NCBI GenBank assembly: GCA_025060455.1
Contig: JANXBY010000019.1
Span: forward strand, 1,492-65,491
Origin: Armatimonadota bacterium
GTDB taxonomy: Bacteria > Sysuimicrobiota > Sysuimicrobiia > Sysuimicrobiales > Sysuimicrobiaceae
Length of the DNA: 64,000 nucleotides
Direction: 5' to 3'
Positions 20,503 through 30,700 of the stretch are shown here, piece by piece. A program made the position numbers and the translations under genes. Position 1 is the first letter of the stretch. Each line of letters begins with the position of its first letter. The notes under the pieces were generated by a model. That model did not search any database, was not told the origin of the DNA, and saw only the letters and a program-made list of their open reading frames with translations.

Positions 20503-22629
20503 CTAGCGACGCCCCCGGCTCCGGCCCGGCCGCCCCCCGCGCCCGGCACCCCGCCCGCCCGCGGGCGCGAAGTAGGGCTCCCCCAGGCCCTTTTTCAGCT
20601 CCGCGATCTGGTCCCGCAGCTTGGCGGCCTTCTCGAACTCCAGGTTGGCCGCGGCCCTGCGCATCTCCCGTTCCAGCCGATCCACGGTCGCCTGGAGTTC
20701 TTCCGGGCTGAGGAGGAGCAGACGCGCCACCTCCCACGGGACCGTGGCGCCCTGCTCTTCCACAAGCCGCACCATCTCCTCCGCCGTCAGGATCTCGCCC
20801 GACCGGGGATGGTACTCCTCCTGGGGTTCGGCCACCTGCTCCAGCTCGATGAGGTCCCGGATGGGCTTCTGAACCGTCTGGGGGGTGATGCCGTGCTCCT
20901 CGTTGTATCGCAGCTGGATCTGGCGGCGGCGGTTGGTCTCCTCGATGGCCCGGCGCATGGACTCCGTGACCTCGTCCGCGTAGAGGATCACCCGGCCGGA
21001 CACGTTGCGGGCCGCCCGGCCCATGGTCTGAATGAGGGCGGTCTCCGACCGCAGGTAGCCCTCGCGGTCCGCGTCCAGCACCGCGACCAGGGACACCTCC
21101 GGCAGGTCCAACCCCTCCCGCAGGAGGTTGATCCCCACCAGCACGTCGTAGGTGCCCAGCCGCAGGTCCTTGAGGATCTGCACCCGCTCCAGGGTGTCGA
21201 TCTCCGAGTGCAGGTAGTGCACCTTCAGCCCCATCTCCTGCAGGTAGCTGGTCAGGTCCTCCGCCATGCGCTTCGTGAGGGTGGTCACCAGGGTACGCTC
21301 TTTCCGCTCCACCTGGGCCCGGATCTCCGCCAGCAGGTCGTCCACCTGGCCCCGCGCGGGACGTACTTCCACCTGCGGGTCCACCAGCCCCGTGGGCCGC
21401 ACGATCTGCTCGACCACCCGCCTGCTGACCCCCAGCTCGAACGGCCCCGGGGTGGCGGACACGAACACGCACTGGTGGATCAACTGCTCGAACTCGTCCC
21501 ACCGCAGGGGCCGGTTGTCGTAGGCGGAGGGCAGCCGCCAGCCGTAGTCCACCAGGTTCTTTTTCCGCGCCCGGTCGCCCTCGTGCATCCCCTTGATCTG
21601 TGGCACGGTGACGTGGGACTCGTCGATGAACATCAGGTAGTCTCGGGGGAAGTAGTCCAGCAGGCAGCCCGGCCGCTCACCCGGAGCCCGCCCGTCCAGG
21701 TGGCGGGAGTAGTTCTCGATGCCCGGGCAGTAGCCGGTCTCCCGGAGCATCTCCATGTCGTACCGGGTCCGGAACTCCAGCCGCTGCGCCTCCAGGAGCT
21801 TGCCCTGGGACCGGAACCACGCCACCCGCTCCTGGAGCTCCGCTTCGATGCTCCGCAGGGCCCGCTCCAGGCGGTCCTCCGTGGTGACCCAGTGCTTGGC
21901 GGGCCAGATGGCCACCACATCCTTCTCCTCCAGCACCTCCCCTGTGAGCGGGTCCAGCTCCAGGATCCGGTCCACCTCGTCCCCGAACAGCTCCACCCGC
22001 ACCGCCCGCTCCTCGTAGCTGGGGAACACCTCGATCACGTCTCCCCGGGCCCGGAACCGGCCGCGGGCGAAGTCCACGTCGTTTCGCTCGTACTGCACGT
22101 CCACCAGCCGCCGCAGGATCTCCTCGCGGGTCCGGCGCTCACCCCGCCGCAGCACCAACACCACCTCGCGGTAGTCCTCCGGACGGCCCAGGCCGTAGAT
22201 GCAAGACACGGAGGCCACCACGATCACGTCCCGGCGCTCCATGAGGGCCTTGGTGGTGGCATGGCGCAGGCGGTCGATCTCGTCGTTGATGCTGGCGTCC
22301 TTGGCGATGTACAGGTCCGTCTGCGGGACGTACGCCTCCGGCTGGTAGTAGTCGTAGTACGACACGAAGTACCGCACCGCGTTGTGGGGGAAGAACTGCC
22401 GGAACTCGCTATACAGCTGCGCGGCGAGGGTCTTGTTGTGGGCAATGACCAGGGTGGGCTTCTGGACCCGCTCGATGACCCGAGCCATGGTGTAGGTCTT
22501 GCCGGAGCCCGTGACCCCGAGCAGGGTGGTGTACCTGTGCCCGGCCCGCAGGCTTTCCACCAGCTGCTCGATGGCCTTGGGCTGGTCGCCCCGGGGCGGC
22601 AGGTCGGTGACCATCTGGAACCGGCTCAC
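20503..22629 (-). CDS. uvrB: Excinuclease ABC subunit B
   Basis: [22 protein letters not shown] beta-hairpin, DESH, C-terminal UVR domain. Confidence 0.98.
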   Translation of the reverse strand: MSRFQMVTDLPPRGDQPKAIEQLVESLRAGHRYTTLLGVTGSGKTYTMARVIERVQKPTLVIAHNKTLAAQLYSEFRQFFPHNAVRYFVSYYDYYQPEAYVPQTDLYIAKDASINDEIDRLRHATTKALMERRDVIVVASVSCIYGLGRPEDYREVVLVLRRGERRTREEILRRLVDVQYERNDVDFARGRFRARGDVIEVFPSYEERAVRVELFGDEVDRILELDPLTGEVLEEKDVVAIWPAKHWVTTEDRLERALRSIEAELQERVAWFRSQGKLLEAQRLEFRTRYDMEMLRETGYCPGIENYSRHLDGRAPGERPGCLLDYFPRDYLMFIDESHVTVPQIKGMHEGDRARKKNLVDYGWRLPSAYDNRPLRWDEFEQLIHQCVFVSATPGPFELGVSRRVVEQIVRPTGLVDPQVEVRPARGQVDDLLAEIRAQVERKERTLVTTLTKRMAEDLTSYLQEMGLKVHYLHSEIDTLERVQILKDLRLGTYDVLVGINLLREGLDLPEVSLVAVLDADREGYLRSETALIQTMGRAARNVSGRVILYADEVTESMRRAIEETNRRRQIQLRYNEEHGITPQTVQKPIRDLIELEQVAEPQEEYHPRSGEILTAEEMVRLVEEQGATVPWEVARLLLLSPEELQATVDRLEREMRRAAANLEFEKAAKLRDQIAELKKGLGEPYFAPAGGRGAGRGGRPGRSRGRR

Positions 22630-22655
22630 GGCTCGATCCCCCAGCGTAACAGTGA

Positions 22656-22661
22656 ATTATA
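22656..22661 (-). promoter_or_regulatory. Consensus -10 (TATAAT) upstream of uvrB
   Basis: ATTATA on + strand about 27 nt upstream of the uvrB start, in an otherwise GC-rich context. Confidence 0.55.
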
Positions 22662-22710
22662 TCCCTCCGCCGCGGCCGCCTTCCACGCGCCGGCAGGATC
22701 CCGCGCGCCT

Positions 22711-23316
22711 CTAAGGGTCCCGGGACACCGCTTCCCATACCGCCCGCACCTGCTCCGCGGTCCGGTGCAGGTCCCCGTCGTTGTCCACCACCCAGCGGGC
22801 GTGCTCTAGCTTTTCCCGCAGCGGCCGCTGTGCCCCCAGCCGGCGCTGGGCTTCCTCCTCCCCCAGGCCGTCCCGCTGCTGCAACCGCCGCAGCTGGGTC
22901 TGGGGCGAGGCGTACACCACGATGGCGGGTAGCCCCTCCACCTCGGGAAGCGGTACGTCGAACAGCAGGGGGATGTCCAGCACCACCACCGCGTCCGGCC
23001 TTCTCTGGCGGATGTGTTCCACCTCCTCGCGCATCCGGTCCCGCACCCGCGGATGCACGATGGCGTTGAGCTGCTGGCGGCGCTGGGGGTCCGAGAACAC
23101 CACCTCCGCCAGCTTCCTGCGGTCCAGCTCGCCCGTGGGCAGGAGGAACTCCGGGCCGAAGGCCGCCACGATCTCCCGCAGCGCGGGGCTGCCAGGTGCG
23201 ACCACCTCCCGGGCCAGGGCGTCGGCGTCCACCACCTCCGCGCCCAGCTGCCGGAGCATGCGTGCCACCGTGCTTTTGCCGCTGGCGATGCCGCCCGTGA
23301 GGGCCACCAGCTTCAT
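22711..23316 (-). CDS. coaE: Dephospho-CoA kinase
   Basis: LTGGIASGKS, DAD, IVHP and DIPLLF motifs. Confidence 0.95.
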   Translation of the reverse strand: MKLVALTGGIASGKSTVARMLRQLGAEVVDADALAREVVAPGSPALREIVAAFGPEFLLPTGELDRRKLAEVVFSDPQRRQQLNAIVHPRVRDRMREEVEHIRQRRPDAVVVLDIPLLFDVPLPEVEGLPAIVVYASPQTQLRRLQQRDGLGEEEAQRRLGAQRPLREKLEHARWVVDNDGDLHRTAEQVRAVWEAVSRDP

Positions 23317-24251
23317 CCGGCCGCGTCCACGAGCTCCACCAGGTCCCCGGCCCGCACCACGCCGCATCGTTCCACCCGGGCGTACACCCGCGCCTCCCCC
23401 GGGTGGTGGTCAGGGTGTACGCGCGCGATGTTTCCACCCAGGAAGCTGTGCCGGATGGTAGCACACGGGGTGGTGTAGCGGGTCACCGCCAGCTCCACCC
23501 CGCCTACCCGCACCCGCGCACCAGGCCGTACCCTGGCCCAGCTCAGGCCCGCCACGGTGAGGTTTTCCCCCAAGCTCCCGGGACGCACGGGGTGGCCTTC
23601 CGCCCGCAGCCTCTGCAGGACTTCCAGGGAGAACAGGCACACCGCCCGCTCTGGGCCCCCGTGGTGGCGGGTGTCGTTGTGGAGGTCGCCCTCCAGGCCC
23701 TCCAGCCCCACCCGCGCTTCCCACACCGGGCTCTTGGGAACCCCGCCCCGGGACACGTTGAGCCGGTAGGCCACGCCCACCTGGCGCCCTAGCTCCACTA
23801 CACGGCCCTCCTCCAGGTGCTCTGCCCGTCCGTCGAACCGGAACTCGGCCCACACCCGCCGCCCCTCCAGCACCCTCGGGAGCCAGAACCGGTCGTCCTC
23901 CCACATGGCGTCCAGGGGGAGGTCTTCCATCCGGTACCAGCCCAGCGTGCCCTCGCGCCCCGCCACCGGAGAGCCGGAGAAACGGTGACATGTGAACACG
24001 TACACCACCCACGAGGGCAGCTCCTCGTCGCCGAAGCGGAACCGGAGCACCCCCGCGAAGCTGAGGTCCTGGACGGCCAGGCCCGTCTCCTCCCACACCT
24101 CTCGGGCTGCCCCGTCCTCCGGGTCCTCGCCGGGCAGCAGCTTTCCGCCCGGGCCGTTCCACTTCCCCCCGCCCCACAGGCCCTCCGCCTTCCTCAGGAG
24201 GAGCACCTGCCCGTCCCGCACCGGAAAACACAGGGTGGCGTACGTGGTCAT
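23313..24251 (-). CDS. Nudix hydrolase (MTH1/8-oxo-dGTPase-like) fused to a MOSC (YiiM-like) domain
   Basis: N-half: GKWNGPGGKLLPGEDPEDGAAREVWEETG and MWEDDRFW; C-half: GGVPK, GLEGD, HGGPERAV, GENL, PC and RAGD; ATGA overlaps with both polA and coaE. Confidence 0.88.
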   Translation of the reverse strand: MTTYATLCFPVRDGQVLLLRKAEGLWGGGKWNGPGGKLLPGEDPEDGAAREVWEETGLAVQDLSFAGVLRFRFGDEELPSWVVYVFTCHRFSGSPVAGREGTLGWYRMEDLPLDAMWEDDRFWLPRVLEGRRVWAEFRFDGRAEHLEEGRVVELGRQVGVAYRLNVSRGGVPKSPVWEARVGLEGLEGDLHNDTRHHGGPERAVCLFSLEVLQRLRAEGHPVRPGSLGENLTVAGLSWARVRPGARVRVGGVELAVTRYTTPCATIRHSFLGGNIARVHPDHHPGEARVYARVERCGVVRAGDLVELVDAAG

Positions 24252-26896
24252 GCGGGCGCTCCCCCCGCGGCCGCCACCTCGGACGACACCGTCCCCAGGT
24301 GCTCCAGGTCGTTCCAGTTGCGACCCACCCGCAGCTCTACCTGAATGGGCACCGAAAGCGGAAGGGCGTGGGCCATCACCTCCGCAGCCCGGCGGCCCAG
24401 AGCTTCCGCCTGGTCGGGGTCCAGCTCGAAGACCAGCTCGTCGTGCACCTGCAGGATCATGAGGGCACCCGGGAACTGTGGCAGGACCTCCCGGTGGATG
24501 CGGATCATGGCCAGCTTGATCAGGTCCGCCTGGCTGCCCTGGATGGGGGTGTTGATGGCCACCCGCTCCGCCGATTCCCGTACCACGCGGTTGCGGCTGT
24601 GCAGGTCGGTCAGGTAGCGGCGCCGTCCCAGCAGCGTGGAAACGTACCCCGTGCGGCGGGCCTGCTCGATGGTGCGGCGCACGTATTCCCGCACCCCGGG
24701 GTAGCGGGCGAAGTAGCGCTGGATGTACGCGTCCGCCTCTGCGGGGGTGGTGCCGATCTGCTGGCTCAGCCCGAACCCGCTGATGCCGTAGGCGATGCCG
24801 AAGTTGATGGCCTTGGCCCGGCGGCGCTGTTCCGGGGTCAGCCGGTCCCGCGGCAGGCCGAACACCTCCGCAGCCACCTCCGCGTGGATGTCCCGCCCCG
24901 CCCGAAACACCTCCTGCAGGGCCGGATCCCCGCTGATGTGGGCCAGCAACCGCAGCTCGATCTGGTTGTAGTCCGCGCTGAGCAGCACCCGCCCGGGCGG
25001 GGCGATGAACGCCCGGCGGATCCTCCTTCCCTCCTCGGTGCGGATGGGGATGTTCTGGAGATTCGGGTCCTGGGAGCTCAGGCGGCCGGTGGCGGCCACC
25101 GTTTGGTTGAAGGTGGTGTGCACCCGGCCGGTCTGCGGGTGCACCAGCCGGGGGAGGACCTCCACGTACGTGGACAGCAGCTTGGCGAGCTCCCGGTGCT
25201 GGAGGATCTTGGCCACCACCGGGTGGTGGGCAGCCAGGGTCTCCAGCACGTCCGCGTCCGTGGAGTAGCCTGTCTTGGTCTTCTTCAGAGGCGGTAGCCC
25301 CAGCTTCTCGAACAGCACGAACCCCAGCTGTTTGGGCGAGCTCAGGTTGAACTCCACCCCCACCGTGGCGTAGATCTCCTCCGCCAGGGCCTCCAGCCGC
25401 GCCCGCAGCTCGCCGGCCAGCTGCTCCAGGTACGGCACGTCCACCGCCACCCCCGCCATCTCCATGTCCGCCAGCACCGGGACGAGAGGCATCTCGATCT
25501 CGTGGTAGACCCGCTCCACCTCCCGCTCGCGCAGGGCCGTGCGGAGCCGCGGGGCGACCCGCTGGAGGGCGTCGGCCTCCTCGCACCGGCGCTCCCACGC
25601 CTCGCGCGCGTCCAACAGGTCTTCCGCCTCCTCGCCCAGGCGCCAGCCGATCTGCTCCCACGCCACCGTCTGCAGGTCGTGGCTGCGCCGGCCGGGGTTC
25701 AACAGGTAGGAGGCGATGCCCACGTCGAACTCGAACCCCCGGGGATTCAGCCCTGCGCGCCGCAGCCGCACGAGGTTTGCCTTTGCGTCCTGGCTGATCT
25801 TCCGCACCGCCTCCGACTCCAACAGGGAAGCCAGGGCCGCAGGCATGTGGGAACCCACGGGGACGTACACCGCGCGGCCTGGCCGGTCCGACAGCGCCAC
25901 CCCCCGGATGCGGCCGTCCATGGGCTTGCCCTCGGCGTCAAGGCTCACCGCCACTTCCACGGACCGGTAGCCCGCCACCGCCGCGGCGTCTGCGCGCTGG
26001 TAGTGCCCCCGCTCGTGGACTGCGCCCACCCCCAGCCGCTCCAGGAGGCTCTTGAACTCCAGGTCCTGGAACAGCCGCACCACCCGGTCCCGGTCGTACG
26101 GCCGGACCCGCAACGCGTCCCAGTGCACCTGCACCGGCACGTCCCGGACCACCGTGGCCAGGCGCTTGTTCTGCAGCACCACCTCCGCGAACTCCCGCAG
26201 GCGGGACTGCAGCTTGGGCGGGGCTTCCTCTACCCGCTCCAGGAGGGACTCCACCGTCCCGAACTGCCGTACCAGCTCCGCGGCGGTCTTGTCCCCCACG
26301 CCGGGGATACCCGGCAGGTTGTCCGTGGGATCTCCCCGCAGGGCTTTGAAGTCCGGCAGCTGCTCCGGCTCGATCCCGAACCGGCGCCGCACCGCCTCCC
26401 GGTCGTACGCGGTCGTCTCCGTGATGCCGCGGCTGGTGACCACCACCGTGGTGCGGTCGCTGGCGATCTGCAACAGGTCCAGGTCGCCGGTCACCACCAC
26501 CACGGAGAAGCCGTCCTGCTCCGCGCGGGATGCCAGGGTGGCGATGACGTCGTCCGCCTCGTAGCCCTCCACCTCGAAGGCGGGGATCCGGAAGGCCTCC
26601 ACCACCTCCCGCACCCACCGCATCTGGGGCCGCAGGTCGTCGGGCATGGTGGGCCGTGTGGCCTTGTAGGCGGCAAAATCCTCGTGCCGGAACGTGGGAG
26701 CCGGGCGGTCGAACGCCACCCCCAGGTGGGTGGGGTCCTCCTCCTCCCGGACCTTCAGCAGCATGTTGGTGAACCCGTAGACCGCGTTGGTGGGTCGGCC
26801 GTCGCTGGTGCTGAAGTACGGGAGGGCGTAGAACGCCCGGTACACGAGCCCGTTGCCGTCCAGGAGGACCAGCTTGCGCCGTTCGACCGCTCCCAC
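24248..26896 (-). CDS. polA: DNA polymerase I
   Basis: 5'-nuclease domain (RAFYA, YEADD, GDxTDN), motif A DYNQIELR, motif B KAINFGIAYG, motif C QVHDE. Confidence 0.98.
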   Translation of the reverse strand: MGAVERRKLVLLDGNGLVYRAFYALPYFSTSDGRPTNAVYGFTNMLLKVREEEDPTHLGVAFDRPAPTFRHEDFAAYKATRPTMPDDLRPQMRWVREVVEAFRIPAFEVEGYEADDVIATLASRAEQDGFSVVVVTGDLDLLQIASDRTTVVVTSRGITETTAYDREAVRRRFGIEPEQLPDFKALRGDPTDNLPGIPGVGDKTAAELVRQFGTVESLLERVEEAPPKLQSRLREFAEVVLQNKRLATVVRDVPVQVHWDALRVRPYDRDRVVRLFQDLEFKSLLERLGVGAVHERGHYQRADAAAVAGYRSVEVAVSLDAEGKPMDGRIRGVALSDRPGRAVYVPVGSHMPAALASLLESEAVRKISQDAKANLVRLRRAGLNPRGFEFDVGIASYLLNPGRRSHDLQTVAWEQIGWRLGEEAEDLLDAREAWERRCEEADALQRVAPRLRTALREREVERVYHEIEMPLVPVLADMEMAGVAVDVPYLEQLAGELRARLEALAEEIYATVGVEFNLSSPKQLGFVLFEKLGLPPLKKTKTGYSTDADVLETLAAHHPVVAKILQHRELAKLLSTYVEVLPRLVHPQTGRVHTTFNQTVAATGRLSSQDPNLQNIPIRTEEGRRIRRAFIAPPGRVLLSADYNQIELRLLAHISGDPALQEVFRAGRDIHAEVAAEVFGLPRDRLTPEQRRRAKAINFGIAYGISGFGLSQQIGTTPAEADAYIQRYFARYPGVREYVRRTIEQARRTGYVSTLLGRRRYLTDLHSRNRVVRESAERVAINTPIQGSQADLIKLAMIRIHREVLPQFPGALMILQVHDELVFELDPDQAEALGRRAAEVMAHALPLSVPIQVELRVGRNWNDLEHLGTVSSEVAAAGGAPA

Positions 26897-26960
26897 GCCC
26901 CTGATTGTACCCTCCGCCCGCCCCGGCGGCCCGCAGGCCCCGACCGTCCCGCGTCTGCGC

Positions 26961-27338
26961 TCACGCCTCCTGGCCGGCCGCCTCCGCGAAGAAGCCTTCC
27001 CCCAGCAGGACCACGCCTTCCGTGGCTACCGCCCGCGCCAGGGGGTTCCCCCGGCGCCACGCACGGCGGAACTCCCCGGGGGTGAACCCCACCGGCTGCA
27101 CCCTCCCGGGCGCGTCCGCCAAGAGCAGCGCCGCCCGCTCGGGGGCCCGCTCCGGAAGCTCCTCCGCCACCACGACCACGTCCACGTCGCTCCACACGTT
27201 GAAGTCTCCCCGGGCCACCGAACCCACCACCGCCGCGGCCACCACGCTCAGACGCGCCTTCAGCCGTCCCACGTAGGAGCGGGCGAGAGCGAGAAGCTCT
27301 TCGCGGTCCTGATGGCGTCGGACCACCACGTCAGCCAT
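26961..27338 (-). CDS. Minimal nucleotidyltransferase (MNT) domain protein
   Basis: GSVARGDFNVWSDVDV (GS...DxD); overlaps the HEPN gene. Confidence 0.9.
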   Translation of the reverse strand: MADVVVRRHQDREELLALARSYVGRLKARLSVVAAAVVGSVARGDFNVWSDVDVVVVAEELPERAPERAALLLADAPGRVQPVGFTPGEFRRAWRRGNPLARAVATEGVVLLGEGFFAEAAGQEA

Positions 27339-27750
27339 CCAGAGACCCCCACACCCGGTCCACGTAGTTCAGAAGTCGCTGCGCGTCGGCCACGGCTTCC
27401 TGCGCGTCCTCTGGACCGTAGTGGGCGCCTGGGGAACCGGCGGCGTGGGCGTCTGGGTATCGGGAGGCGATGTAGTGCCGCCCCAGGCGCCGCAGGGCTG
27501 CCCAGACCTCGTCGGGCACGTCGAGGCCCGCGGCCTGTGCCATCTCGCCGAGACGGACCAGATCGTGACCCCACGGGCCGCGGCCGAGGCCATGGAGGAG
27601 CGCCTTGAGCCCGAGTTGGCCTGCCTGTTCAGCGGCGAAGCAGGCCCAGTTGTGCAGCCCAGACTCGGCCTGCAGACGCGCCGCCCGCAGGGCGCGGTCT
27701 GCCTCCTGCCGCCAGCGCTGGAACTCCTCACGGTCCAACGGTGCAGTCAT
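27331..27750 (-). CDS. HEPN domain protein
   Basis: WACFAAEQA..LKALL, WGHDL and RHYIASRYPD motifs. Confidence 0.9.
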   Translation of the reverse strand: MTAPLDREEFQRWRQEADRALRAARLQAESGLHNWACFAAEQAGQLGLKALLHGLGRGPWGHDLVRLGEMAQAAGLDVPDEVWAALRRLGRHYIASRYPDAHAAGSPGAHYGPEDAQEAVADAQRLLNYVDRVWGSLDG

Positions 27751-27791
27751 CCCTCAGCTCCTGCCGCCGCTCCGCCCGCTTCTACTACCCG

Positions 27792-30700
27792 CTACTCCTC
27801 CCACACCGCCCCTTCGCCCAGGAGCACCTCCAGCTCCCGGACGAACCCTGGGTCTGCGGGCACGCCCCTGCGCAGCCGGTGCACCGACTCTCCCTGCAGG
27901 GTCACCACGTGCGCGTAGGCTTCCCGAGGGCCTGACCGGCCCTGCAGGAAGTCCGCCAGCTGGAACAGCTCTTCAGAGGTGGCCACGCGCACGTGCAGGG
28001 GCCTTGGGCCGTTGTGGGCCTGTCCGTTCCTCCCGCCCCGCAGGCCTTCCACGGGCAGCACCTCGTCGGCCACCACGCGGGGCCGGGCCTCTGCCGCCTC
28101 CACCCGCCCGCGCACCACCACCACCGCGTCCACGTGCAGGGCCTCGGAGTACCGCTCGTACGCCTTCGGCCAGACCACCACCTCCACCGCGCCCGACAGG
28201 TCCTCCAGCTGCGCCACCGCGAACCGGCTGCCGTCCTTCTTGGACGTCATGGGGCGCACCTGGGTCAGCACCCCGCCCACGGACACGGAGGATCGGTCCT
28301 CCAGCTCCCGCAGGTCCGCGACCCGGTGCCGCACATGGTCCCGCAGCACCGCCTCCCACGCCCTCACGGGGTGGTCGCTCACGTACAGCCCCAACATCTC
28401 CCTCTCCATGCGCAGCAGCTCCCGACGGTCCAGGGGCGGCACCCGGGGCAGTTCGGGAGGGGGTTCCAGCTGGTCTGCGTCCCCGAACAGCCCCGTCTGC
28501 GCAGAGCTCTGCTGGCGCTGCCGCCGCGCTCCGTATTCCAGGGCCTCGTCCAGGGCGGCGAGCAGGGCCGCCCGGTCTCCCAGGGAGTCGAGCGCCCCTG
28601 CCTTGATGAGGCTTTCCACCACCTTGCGGGTGACCACCCGCCCGTCTACCCGGGCGCAGAAGTCAAACAGCGACCGGAACGGACCCCCTTCCTGCCGGGC
28701 CCGGACGATTTCCTGGGTGGCCGCCTCCCCCACGTTCTTGATGGTGCCCAGGCCGAACCGGATGGTGCGGTCGTCCACCACGGTGAACTCCGGCTCGGAC
28801 TCGTTCACGTCCGGCGGCAGGACCGAAATCCCCATGCGGCGGCACTCCTCTACCTCCAGGGCCACCCGCTCCAGGTTGCCGCTGTCGGCGCACAGCAGGG
28901 CGGTCATGTACTCCGCGGGGTAGTTGGCTTTCATGTAGGCGGTGTAGTAGGCCACGAGCCCGTAGCACGCCGCGTGGGCCCGGTTGAACCCGTAGCGGGC
29001 GAACGGCTCGAACTGCTCGAAGACCCGATCCACTACCTCCTTGGGGATGCCCCGCTCCAGGGCTCCCCGCTCGAACTTCTCCCGCTGCGCCAGCAGCTTG
29101 TCCTTGACCTTCTTGCGGATGGCGTAGCACAGGACGTCCGCCTCCGCCAGGGTGTAGCCCGCCATGGCCTGGGCTGTGGTCATGATGTCCTCCTGGTACA
29201 CCATGACGCCGTAGGTCTCCCGCAGCACCGGTTCCAGGACCGGGTGCAGGTAGGTGACCGGCTCCAGGCCGTGCTTGCGGCGGATGTACGCGGGGATGTT
29301 GGCCATGGGGCCGGGCCGGTACAGGGCCACCATGGCCATGATGTCGTGGATGCTGGTGGGCCGCAGCTCCTGGAGGTAGCGGCGCATGCCCGCAGACTCC
29401 AGCTGGAACACGCCCACGGTCTCGCCCCGGCCCAGCAGGGCGTAGGTGTTGGGGTCGTCCAGGGGCAGGCGGCGCAGGTCCACCCGCACGCCCCTCCGCC
29501 GCTCCACCAGCTCCATGGCCCGATGCAGGATGGTGAGGTTGGTGAGCCCCAGGAAGTCGAACTTGACCAGCCCGATGGCGGCCACGCTGTCCATGTCGTA
29601 CTGGGTCATCACGGTGTTGTCCTTGCCGCGGGTGAGGGGAACCAGGTCGGTGAGGGGGTCACGCGAGATGACGACCCCTGCCGCGTGGGTGCTGGCGTTG
29701 CGGGCCACCCCCTCCAGCCGGCGGGCCAGCTCCACCAGCCGCCGCACCCGCTCGTCGTCCTCCACCTGCCGCCGCAGCTCGGGGTCGGCCTCCAGCGCCT
29801 GGTCCAGGGTGGCGGTGGGCGGGATGCGCTTGGCGATCCGGTCCACCTCCCCGTAGCTCATCCCCAGCACGCGCCCCACGTCCCGCACCGCCTGCCGGGC
29901 CTTCATGGTGCCGAAGGTGATGATCTGAGCCACCCGGTCGTGGCCGTACTTCTCCATCACGTACCGGATCACTTCGTCCCGGCGGCTGTCCATGAAGTCC
30001 ACGTCGATGTCCGGAAGGGTGTACCGCTCCAGGTTCAGGAACCGGTCGAAGGGCAGGCGGTAGGCGATGGGATCCACATCCGTGACCCCGCAGGCGTAGA
30101 GGACCAGGGACCCCGCCGCGGATCCCCGCACGGTGGTGAGGATCCCCCGGGAGCGGGCGAAGTTCACGAAGTCCTGCACGATGAGGAAGTACGGCGCATA
30201 TCCCATGCGCTCGATGACTTGCAGCTCGTAGTCCAGCCGCTGCTGCAGCTCCGGGGTGATCTCGCCGTACAGGCGCTCCAGCCCCTGCTCACACAGCCAC
30301 CGCAGGTATGACTGCGGCGTGAAGCCCTCCGGCACCGGGAAGTCCGGGAGCCTCGGACGGTCCAGCTCCAGGTACAGCTCGCACCGCCGGGCGATCTCCA
30401 CGGTGTTGCGCACCGCCTCCGGCAGCTCCCCGAACAGGGCTTTCATCTCTCCGGGGCTCTTGAGGTAAAAGTGCGGGACATCCCCCATCCGGGGGCGGTC
30501 GGGGTCGTGCACCGTCTTGTTCATCTGCACGCACATGAGGACGTCCTGGGCGGGGGCGTCCTCCGGCAGGACGTAGTGCACGTCGTTGGTGGCCACCAGG
30601 GGCAGCTTCAGGTCGCGGGCGATGCGCACCAGCTCCGGGATCAGGCGGCGCTGCTCGGGCAGGCCCTGGTGCTGGATCTCGATGAAGAACTGGCCGGGCT

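Noticed and set aside
22630-22710. LexA/SOS box upstream of uvrB (also looked upstream of uvrC, ku and ligD)
   Set aside because: No GAAC-N4-GTTC or CTGT-N8-ACAG found by eye; a lineage-specific motif cannot be excluded.
16934-22809. Very long + strand ORFs (897 aa, 962 aa; likewise 27993-30311, 30471-33128 and 50391-52952)
   Set aside because: These are antisense shadows of uvrA, uvrB, dnaE, gabT and ligD caused by high GC3; no recognisable motifs.
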